Origin: a candidate division FCPU426 bacterium
GTDB lineage: Bacteria > Oederibacteriota > Muellerivitia > Muellerivitales > Muellerivitaceae
Direction of reading: 5' to 3'
DNA: 64,000 nt
NCBI GenBank assembly: GCA_963796105.1
Contig: CAWCKJ010000008.1
Location: forward strand, 128,001-192,000
Position numbers and translations under genes: made by a program. Shown here in pieces: positions 54,562 to 64,000 of the stretch (position 1 is its first letter; each line of letters opens with the position of its first letter). The notes under the pieces were generated by a model, which saw only the letters and a list, made by a program, of their open reading frames with translations, did not search any database and was not told the origin of the DNA.

Positions 54562-57500
54562 AAATATTTATGTGGCGGATTGGACGAATCAGAGGGTGGA
54601 CAAGTGGTACTCCTGTGGAATGGTTCCCACGATGACTCCTACGATAACATTGACTCCCACTCAGACTTACACCAATACCAATACTTGGACTTACACCCCG
54701 GATGTAACCCAAACCATGTCCAATACGCCTGTTATTACCAACACCCCTTTAAGCACTTTCACCTTTACGAATACGGCGACCTATACCGCCACTTACACAT
54801 ACACCGCTACTTACACAAATACCTTTACCAACACGATGTCATACACCCCTACCTTTTCCTATAGCCCGACCCCTACCGGCAGTCCGTCGCCCATTTCAAC
54901 GTCAACCTTCACTCCTATTTACACTAATACAAGCACTTTAACCCCCACCATCACATTAACACCTGTTAATTGCACCCTTTCCTTGATAACGGATAATTCC
55001 ATGAATGGCCCGGAGGCGGTGGGGGTTGATGCTCAAGGGAATATTTATGAGGTCGAATCGGGTTCCAACCAGCTTCAGGTGTTTAATTCATCGGGTGTTT
55101 CCACCAACTCCTGGGATGGTTCTTCCTCCGGCGTGGTTTTTAACGATCCTGAAGGCTTAGCGGTGGACTCGAATAACCAAATGGTTTACGTGAGCGATAC
55201 GGGAAATGCCCGGATCGTGGTTTTCAGCCTGGCCGGCAATTACCAGTCGCAATGGAGCACTTCTATAAACGGGCAGATGAGTTCCCCGGAGCAGATAGCA
55301 GTACCAGGGGACGGCTATGTCTATGTGGCTGATGCCGCCGCAGGGCTCATATTGAAATACCTGCCGAATGGGACTCTATTCAATCAATTCACCGGATCGG
55401 GTAACGGGTTGCTGGTGAATCCCACGGGCGTGGCGCTGGATACCTCTTACAACCTTTATGTCGCCGACATGGGGACCAACCAAATAGTGGCCCTGAATCC
55501 CTCCGGCGGTGTTATCACCACCTGGGGAATTTTCGGAACCGGGATAGGACAGTTTATCGATCCGGAGGAAATATTGGTGGCGCCAGATTCCATCGCTGGT
55601 CTCGCGCAGGCGGTTTACGTGGCGGATTCCGGCAACGCCAGGGTGCAGGAATTCGATCCATCCGGCAATTTCATCAACCAAACAACGGGAGCGGGATTTT
55701 ACCAGGCTGGTTTGGGCGACCCGTCTGGAATTTGCGTGAGGGATTCCAGCCACATCTATGTCGCGGACAATGAAAATAATAATATCACCGTATTCGGATT
55801 ATGTTCCGGCATCATTACCCCGACCTTTACCATCACCTTAACCCCGACCTATACATCCACCCCGACCCCCACTGGCACTTACCCGACCTTCACGCCAACC
55901 AACACTTCCACTTCCACCATTACCGACACCTTTACCATTACGAATACGCCCACGAATTCATTTACGATCACGCCATTCTCCACTTCAACCCCGGTATTCT
56001 CATCCACGCCTACCTACAGCCCCTCGATCACATACACCCCCAACAGCTTCTCGCAAACGGGCGTGTGCCTGTCGTTCTCGAACAGCTTCATGTCCCCCAA
56101 TTCCAACGATATCAATGGAAGCGCTGTGGACGGGAACGGCAACCTTTACTTGTCCCAAAACGATATCGTAGTGTTGAATGCTCAGGGATCCGCGTTAACG
56201 GAGTGGGGCGGCACAGTGCTCCAGTATCCTGAGGGGTTGGCGGTCAACAACGCCGTGAGTCTTGTGTACGTTGTGGACGGTGATGCCAATCAAGTGGATG
56301 TGTTCAATTGGCAGGGAGTCCTTCAGACCCAGTTCTCAGCCGTTTCCAACGGGACCACCCTCAACAACCCCACGGGAATCGCCCTGGACGGCAGTGGAAA
56401 CGTGTATGTGTCTGACACGGACAACAACCAAGTGGGGGTATTTGGACAGGCGGGAAATCCCTTGACCGTCATTACTGGCTTAAATTCACCCGAGGGGATC
56501 GCGGTGGACGGCGGGGGAAATATCTATGTGGGAGAAGCCGGGTCGGCCCAGGTGACCAAATTCAACTCCGCCTTCCAGAGGCTTTTTAGCTTCAATGGGA
56601 ATGGCGCGGTGGGAGAACCCTATGAGATGAAAACCGATTCCATGAATTTATTGTGGGTAGGCGACGGCCAGAACGACCAATTGATGGTGTTCAACTCAAA
56701 CGGAGCCCTGTTGAATAGTTTCTCGGGTCCCGATATCGGCGGGGCTTCTTTCGACATGCCCATGGTTTCGGTCGATTCCCAGGAAAATGTCTATGTCCCG
56801 GACACGACCGGGTCCTTGATCCAGAGATTCACCTTCTGTGAGGCGACTAACACCCCTACGGTGACTTTAAGCCCTACCATTACCAACACTCCGACTTTCA
56901 CCTACACCTTCACACCATCGCCGACCCCCACTATCACACTCACCTTTACCATTACCCCCGCCCTGGAATCCAAGGCCACCGCAACCTTGACGCCAACGGG
57001 CACCTTCCCCACGGGCACCCCGACCGGATCGGCCACGCCGACGCCGACCCCCACCCAGGCCATTGCCTACACCCCTGTGCCAGGCGCTTACATTTCCCGC
57101 ATCAACGTGGCGGGGGAATTTTATAACGATGCCCAATCGAATTACTGGATGGCGGACCAGGGTTACGAGCCGGGCGGCGGCGCCGGTTTTGTCGTGGATT
57201 CGGATCCCTATTACACCACGGACATAGTCACGGGCACCTCGGATCAACCCCTTTACAATACTTTCGTGGCCGGGACCGATATCGAGTATAAATTCGACGT
57301 GGCTCCCGGTATCTACCAGGTGAAGTTGAAGATGTTCGACGCCTTTTACCAACAAGCCGGGCAGGGGATTTTCAGCGTGACGGCCAATGGAACCACCATG
57401 GTTTCCAACCTGGACCTTTACGCCGTTTCGGGGTATTTCAACGCTTATGATGTCACTTTCTTGGTGACGGTCTTAAATTCCACCCTCGATTTGGCGTGGA

Positions 57501-57600
57501 GTTCCAGCGCGGGACTGGCAACCGTCTCTGCCATTCAGGTATCCGGCATGTCGGTAATCCCTTCGCCCACATTCACCTATCCGCCAAATTTTACCCCCCC

Positions 57601-59346
57601 GCCCACGCCTTGCTTGACCTATGTTTCCCGGGTGCAAGTGGGGAATTGGCCGATAGCGGCTGCGGTCGATCCCTTGGGTAAAGTGTATGAGCTGGAATAC
57701 AGCGGAGATGAAATCCAGGTATTCAATTCAGCCGGAGTATTCCTGAACAAGTTCGGGAGCCAAGGAACCGGGTTGGGCCAGTTTGAAAAGCCGTTGGGAA
57801 TGGTGATAGGGCTCAATGGGAACCTTTATGTGGTGGAAGGGGACGGCGCTAACCACCGGGCGCAGGAATTGACAACGGCCGGTGTGCCAGTAACGGCGTG
57901 GACCGGATCTGCGGCCGGGGGAAACTTTGTAGCGCCCCGTTCCATCGGGGTGGATGCCGCGGGAAACATCTATGTCGCGGACGGGAACACCATTCAAATC
58001 TTCGACCAAAACGGGAATTACTTGAAGAAGTGGACCAAGCAAGCCGGTTCATTGGAGAATCAAGCGGCTGGGTTTATGGGAATCGCGGTGGATGGGAATG
58101 GAAATGTTTATTTGGGTGATCTAAACCAAAGGGTGGACGTGTTCGACAATAACGGGAATTTCCTGAGGATGTGGGGCAGTTCGGGAAGCAACCCGGGGCA
58201 GTTCAACAACATATGGGGAATGCAACTTGACACCCAGGGAAGGTTGTGGGTGTGGGAGGACACTGGGAACCGGGTGCAGGTGTTCGACAAGTACGGGGAT
58301 TTCCTGTACCAATACAACCATCCTGGCGGGGGTGCTGGGCAGTTCTCCCGTCCGTTGGGGTTCACGGTGAAGCCGGACGGGTCGGCCTATGAGGCGGACT
58401 GGAATACCGGAGATTTGCAGTATTTCTTGCCCTGCGGGACCGTGCCAACCATGACACCCACCATGACTCTTATGCCCACGCCTTGCCTGACCTATGTTTC
58501 CCGGGTTCAAGTGGGGAATAGCCCAATTGCGGCGGCGGTTGACTCCTCTGGAAATGTTTATGAGTTGGAAGATGGCGGTAATGAAATCCAGGAGTTCAGT
58601 TCGGCCGGAGTATTCCTGAACAAGTTTGGGAGCCATGGGACTGGTCTGGGCCAGTTCGAGAATCCATTGGGTATGGTGATAGGGCCCAATGGGAACCTTT
58701 ATGTGGTGGAAGGGGACGGCGCTAATCACCGGGTGCAGGAATTGACATCGGCCGGTGTGCCTGTAACGGCATGGACTGGGTCTGTGGCGGGTGGAAACTT
58801 CACGAATTGCCGTTCCATTGGGGTGGATGGGAATGGAAACATTTATGTTGGTAACAACAACACCATTCAAATTTTCGATCAAAATGGGAATTACCTGAAG
58901 AGTTGGTCAAAGCAGAGTGGCTCGTTGGAAAACCAAGCGAATGGATTTATGGGAATCGCGGTGGATGGGAATGGAAATGTTTATTTGGGTGATCTAAACC
59001 AAAGGGTGGACGTGTTCGACAATAACGGGAATTTCCTGAGGATGTGGGGCAGTTCGGGAAGCAACCCGGGGCAGTTCAACAACATATGGGGAATGCAACT
59101 TGACACCCAGGGAAGGTTGTGGGTGTGGGAGGACACTGGGAACCGGGTGCAGGTGTTCGACAAGTACGGGGATTTCCTGTACCAATACAACCATCCTGGC
59201 GGGGGTGCTGGGCAGTTCTCCCGTCCGTTGGGGTTCACGGTGAAGCCGGACGGGTCGGCCTATGAGGCGGACTGGAATACCGGAGATTTGCAGTATTTCT
59301 TGCCCTGCGGGACCGTGCCAACGATCACCCCAACCCCCACCCTGAT
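57601..59346 (+). repeat. Tandem duplication of an 873-bp NHL propeller module
   Basis: Two units offset by 873 bp; 58073-58449 matches 58946-59322 exactly by eye. Confidence 0.92.
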
Positions 59347-60823
59347 GTCCACGCCCTGCGTGCAATTCCAGGGGGTGCGGATCAGCGGGAGCGTTCTCAA
59401 CAATCCCTACGGTGTTGCGGTAGGGCCGGATGGGAACATCTACGAGGGTGATTGGTCCGGGAAAAAGGTGCAGGTGTTCAGCCCAATGGGTTTGTGGCAG
59501 AGGAGTTTTGGAGTGACCTACCCAAGCGGGATGGTGTTCGGCTCCGACGATAATTTATATGTGTCTCAGTATTCCATGAACCAAGTGGGGGTTTACAACC
59601 CGCAAACCGGGCAGGCGGTGGCGACGATCGGGAGTGGATTAGTCAATAGCCCGGCTGGCGAGTGCTTTGACAGCGCGGGATACTTGTACGTGGCGGATAG
59701 CGGACACCACAGGGTGTTGAAGTTTAATACCGCTACCGGCGGGGTGTCACAAGTGTTTGGGGCTGGCGTTACGGGACCGTACCTGGGAGAAATAAGTAAT
59801 CCCGACGGGATCGCGCTGGATGGGCAGGGGAACCTGTATGTGGCCGATGTGTACGTTAATCCCGGGGATACTTCTCGTATCCAGGTATTCGCGCCCAACG
59901 GGGTGGCTTTACGGCAATGGGGTAGTTATGGGAGCGGAGTAACGCAGTTTTCGGATGATGTCAAGCTGTTGATGGGCGGGAATGGGTTGTTGTGGGCGGT
60001 GGACCGGGACAACCATAGGATCGAGATTTATGATTTCTACGGGAATTTACAGGAGACGATCGGGCCCGCCGTGAGCGGGTTGTCGGGCGGCTTCGGCGAC
60101 GTGGGAGATATAGCGTTTGGGGCGAATGGGCAGGTATGGGCGACCGAGTTCTGGAACAACCGGGTGGATTCTTTCTTCTTTTGTAACCAGTCCTCAAATA
60201 TCATGCCGATTCCCACGCCGGCGCCCGGCACTTACATCCTCCGCCTGGACAGCGGCTCCTCACAAACCTATAGCGATCCCAACTCCAACCTTTGGCTCTC
60301 GGACCAGGCCTATGCCTCGGGCGCATACGGCTATACCCAAGGCGGGTCGGTTTATACCACGACTACCACCGTATCCGGTACCAATAGCCCGGCCCTGTAT
60401 CAAACTTACCGGGCTGGCTCCACCCTCGCCTACAGCTTCGCCTTGCCGGCGGGACATTACCAAGTGACCCTCAAGTTCGCGGATTTCATCAGCACCGGGG
60501 CCGGGCAGAACGTTTTCAACGTGGCCCTCAATGGAACGGCCATGAGCCAGGGTTTGGATATCTTTGCCGGGGTGGGATCAGCGGTGGCCACCGATCGAAG
60601 CTACCGGGTGGATATCACGGGAATCACTCCCTTGACCCTGCAACTGTCCGCCACTCAAGGCCAGGCCTTCCTTTCGGCCATCGAGATCAAGGGCCTTCAG
60701 GCCAATGTGAACTCGTTAATAAATTATTTCTACTCACCAGGCGGTGGGTCGTTGCTTCCTTAAGCCGGAAAGAATCCGCTTTGTTTTAATGATTTAATTT
60801 GAGTATTGAACGGAGAAGTGGAA

Positions 60824-63800
60824 ATGCGGTTGAAAAATAAAAAATACAGGCTTTATTTTTTGCGGCTGGTTTTGTCCTTCCTCATGGTCCTGGGGAATCC
60901 AATGCCCTTCATCGCGGCGATGGCCTCCCTCTCCCTGAGGGCGGCGCTTCCGGCTTTCGCGGCCTCTTTGCTTTTCTCCGCCAGAAGGGCTTATGCCCGC
61001 GTGGCCTATGCCAATCCCGGGCGGGCGGTGGATTTGAGCCGCTTCAACCTCAGCAACGACCCCACGGACGAGGACTTCCAAAAGGTAAAGGCTTTTGACG
61101 AGCCCTTCGTGCCTTTGGAGATTCCCGCGGACCCGAATGAGAACGCTGATTTGGCCAAGGCCTTGAACCAGGAAGTTTCAGACAAAGCGGACGAATCCCT
61201 CCAGGTTCTGGGGGATTTTGTGGCCCAACATCCCCATAGCCGGTGGGTCTTGTCCGTGGAACTAAACAGGGGACTGGCCCTCGCGCGGAGGGGTTATTTT
61301 ACAAAGGCGCTGAAGGCCTTTCAGACAGCCTGGGACGCGGGTCAAAAGGGGACCGGGACCGCCGGAAATTTGGCCGACCATGCCCTTTCGGAATTAATGC
61401 GAATGGAAAGCCGGGTGGGGCTCCAGGACGAATTAAAAAGCGAGTTGGAACTGATGAAAGGCCGCACTCCCCAAGGCTTGGCGGCGCGCCAAACGGAGGA
61501 GGCCCGGATGGCCCTGGGAGCCATGCAAAAACACCCGGATAGGGCCTTCAGGTGCGGATCACAAGCCCTTGAAAGAATATTGGCTTTTAAAAAATCAAAA
61601 AAAGCCCAGGATTCCTTGTTCATGCAAACGAAATCCACTGAAAAAGGGATTTCTTTGGATCAGGTTTACGGCCTTTCGGAACAATTAGGGATGGGAATGC
61701 AAATGGCCAAAAGGGAACCGGGGGCGAAGGTCCTGTTGCCGGCCGTGGTGCATTGGAAACTGGGGCATTACGCGGCCTTGTTGGAGGAAAAAAACGGAAT
61801 GATCCGGTCCCAGGACACCGCGTTTATGAACGAGATTTGGATTTCGGAAAAAGCCTTGAACGAGGAATCTTCCGGTTATTTCCTGGTGCCGGGGGGAGGC
61901 CTGCCGGCAGGGTGGAGTCCCGTCAATATGGACGAAGCGGCGACAATTTGGGGAAAGGGTGGTACCGATGGTTCGTCTCCACCCCCACCCTGCGGGGGAG
62001 GTCCCACTAGCGGCGGCGGCGGTGCTCAAGGGGGTACATGCGGTATGCCTAGGACCAACATTGACTTGGCCACGACCTCGGCCATGGTGGTGGATACACC
62101 CCTATGGTACAAGCCGCCTGTAGGCCCGGAAATGCGCTTCATGTTGACCTACCACCAAAGGACGCCGGACGCTCTGCCCTACACCAACTTCGGGACCAAT
62201 TGGAATTTTAACTGGCAGGGTTTTATCGAATATTCATTTAGCGGCTCCCAGGCCTCAAATTACATCCTTGTGGCAAGGGGCGGGGGGGAAGACCCTTTTT
62301 CTGGACCGGGAGGGACCACCAAATATCTGACCTACCTGGTCAATGCCACGACGACCTTTTCAAGCGGCCCGGCGGCTGGTTTGCCCTCGGCCTTCACCGT
62401 GCAAAAGCCTGACGGGGGAATGGAAACATACGGGCTGGGCTTCGCAAACCCGGGCGGCCTAGTCAAATGCTTATTGACCCAGATGACCGATCCCCAGGGC
62501 AACAATATGACGATTCAATACGATTCAATGAACAGGATCCAGAGTGTCACAGACGCCCTGGGGCAACAAAGCACCTTCAGCTACGGCGCTGACAATTATT
62601 TCAAGGTCACTCAGATCACTGATCCTTTCGGTCGACACGCGAATTTCACCTATGATATTCATGGCTTCCTGCAATCCATCACTGACCAGCTGGGCCTGAC
62701 CAGCAGTTTCACCTATATCATGTTGGACCCGGCGGCTTCGGGAGGTACTGCGGGAACTATGGTGCACGTATTTTCTGACGCGGTGTTGAGCATGACCACT
62801 CCCTACGGTACGACCACCTTCGATTACTCGGGTACGGATGATACTCTCAACAAACAAGAAGTGGAAATCACAGACCCGCTTGGTCAAAAAGAGCACGCCA
62901 AATATTTTGACTCCGGCACCATACCGGATGATAACTTAAACCCGCCCGCGGGGATCATGGCTGACGCAAATCCCGGCAGTTTATTGAGCATGAGGAATGT
63001 ATTTTACTGGGACAAGAAAGCCATGGAGGACGATCCCTTGGATCCCAACTCGGCAACCATCTATCACTACCTGCATACGTCCTCGGATCTTTCGGTGAGG
63101 GCCCTGGTGCTGGGAAGCTGGAAAAAGCCGCTGGAAAACAGGGTTTATTTCGGTTACACAGGGCAATATGACGGCTACCAGGAGTCCAGCGACCTGATGC
63201 CTCCCCTGCCCAACGTTGTGGCGAGGTACCTGGCTGACGGCAGCACCCAGGCCTACCATTACACTTATAACATCTTGGGGAAAAAGACGAGTTATATGGA
63301 CCCTAAGGGAAGAAATTTTATTTACGACTACGCGAATAACGGTATTGACCTGTTGGACGTGAAGGATGGAAACGGGGACATGCTGGCGGCCTATGGCAAC
63401 TACGCGAACCACAAGCCGGGGACCTATACCGACACGGCGGGACAAGTGTGGAGCTACCAGTACAACGCAGCGGGGCAGATGACTTCGATGAGGGCGCCCC
63501 AGGGCGAGACGACGTCTTACAACTATGACTCGAACGGATTTTTAACTTCCGTGGTATCATCCCAGCCAGGGGCGGGAGTAACCTACACTTATGACAATTG
63601 TGGAAGGACGCATACCAGGTCAGACGCCGCCAATGGAACCCTTGTTTATCATTACGACAACGGGGATCGTGTAACGAGAATCGATTTCCCGGATTTGACG
63701 CATGAGACCTATTCCTACGCCAAGCTGGACTTGGTCTCCTTCACGGACAGGCAGAACCGCACGACCGGCTACCAATACGACGCAGTCCAAAGGTTGACAG

Positions 63801-64000
63801 CTGTGACCGACCCCAAACAGCAATCCACCGGTTATGGCTGGTGCGCCTGTGGGGCATTGGCAAGCCTAACCGACCCGAAAGGAAACAAGACCTCCTGGAA
63901 CAGGGATCTGGAAGGACGTGCCATCAGCAAGACCTACCAAGACGGGAGCCAATACATTTACCAGTATGATTCGGCTGGCGAGCGGTTGTTCCAAGTGACG
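60824..64000 (+). CDS. RHS/YD-repeat protein with N-terminal C39-peptidase-like domain (3'-truncated; not in ORF track)
   Basis: ATG 60824 after GGAG; first ~1.4 kb translated by hand and window end reads in the same frame: hydrophobic leader, FRCGSQAL, VVHWKLGHYAAL, QD, then DTPLWYKPPVGP...NFGTNW and YD repeats (TDPQGN, YDSMNR, YQYDSAG). Confidence 0.88.
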   Translation, partial: MRLKNKKYRLYFLRLVLSFLMVLGNPMPFIAAMASLSLRAALPAFAASLLFSARRAYARVAYANPGRAVDLSRFNLSNDPTDEDFQKVKAFDEPFVPLEIPADPNENADLAKALNQEVSDKADESLQVLGDFVAQHPHSRWVLSVELNRGLALARRGYFTKALKAFQTAWDAGQKGTGTAGNLADHALSELMRMESRVGLQDELKSELELMKGRTPQGLAARQTEEARMALGAMQKHPDRAFRCGSQALERILAFKKSKKAQDSLFMQTKSTEKGISLDQVYGLSEQLGMGMQMAKREPGAKVLLPAVVHWKLGHYAALLEEKNGMIRSQDTAFMNEIWISEKALNEESSGYFLVPGGGLPAGWSPVNMDEAATIWGKGGTDGSSPPPPCGGGPTSGGGGAQGGTCGMPRTNIDLATTSAMVVDTPLWYKPPVGPEMRFMLTYHQRTPDALPYTNFGTNWNFNWQGFIEYSFSGSQASNYILVARGGGEDPFSGPGGTTKYLTYLVNATTTFSSGPAAGLPSAFTVQKPDGGMETYGLGFANPGGLVKCLLTQMTDPQGNNMTIQYDSMNRIQSVTDALGQQSTFSYGADNYFKVTQITDPFGRHANFTYDIHGFLQSITDQLGLTSSFTYIMLDPAASGGTAGTMVHVFSDAVLSMTTPYGTTTFDYSGTDDTLNKQEVEITDPLGQKEHAKYFDSGTIPDDNLNPPAGIMADANPGSLLSMRNVFYWDKKAMEDDPLDPNSATIYHYLHTSSDLSVRALVLGSWKKPLENRVYFGYTGQYDGYQESSDLMPPLPNVVARYLADGSTQAYHYTYNILGKKTSYMDPKGRNFIYDYANNGIDLLDVKDGNGDMLAAYGNYANHKPGTYTDTAGQVWSYQYNAAGQMTSMRAPQGETTSYNYDSNGFLTSVVSSQPGAGVTYTYDNCGRTHTRSDAANGTLVYHYDNGDRVTRIDFPDLTHETYSYAKLDLVSFTDRQNRTTGYQYDAVQRLTAVTDPKQQSTGYGWCACGALASLTDPKGNKTSWNRDLEGRAISKTYQDGSQYIYQYDSAGERLFQVT

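Larger units (their letters stand above)
50282..60763 (+). pseudogene. Giant secreted NHL-propeller/malectin/Thr-Pro protein (~2,830 aa reconstructed), interrupted by two IS1595 and a G-run frameshift
   Basis: Removing 52580-54569 gives ...ALDIDPNGNIYVADWTNQRV (an intact NHL blade); one extra G at 52514-52520 restores the upstream frame. Confidence 0.88.

Noticed and set aside
57601..59346. Diversity-generating retroelement template/variable repeat pair
   Set aside because: No reverse transcriptase in the window, both copies are in-frame coding modules, and differences are not confined to adenines

Overview
Bacterial chromosomal window, almost all on the + strand, in four parts. (1) 1-20.7 kb: 3' end of rpoC and a complete str-S10-spc-alpha ribosomal superoperon (rpsL to rplQ, with fusA, tuf, secY, adk, map, infA, rpoA). 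It is AT-rich except for tuf, which is sharply GC- and G-rich, and it is preceded by a structured leader ending in a terminator just before rpsL. (2) 21.3-31.4 kb: an IS hotspot (decayed IS30 with a nested IS21, two different IS1595 elements, an IS256 remnant, an IS1380) among a few AT-rich hypothetical genes, one a small two-repeat putative DNA-binding protein with a repeat array upstream. (3) 32.3-49.4 kb: ilvB-ilvN-ilvC-psd-pssA-leuA-leuB under a leader-peptide attenuator, then a Thr/Pro-rich secreted protein, asd, a DUF2723/TMEM260-like glycosyltransferase, truA, and ubiD-menG-ubiX with a DUF4160/DUF2442 pair inserted. (4) 50.3-64 kb: a giant secreted-protein gene (~2,830 aa when reconstructed; FN3-like domain, six Cys-bracketed NHL propellers, two malectin-like domains, Thr-Pro stalks) split by two IS1595 elements stacked in one 8-bp target, followed 60 bp later by a C39-peptidase-like/RHS-YD protein gene that runs off the window and is absent from the ORF track. 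Several single-base frameshifts, mostly in G runs, may be sequencing errors. All family calls come from motif recognition by eye; no database searches were run.
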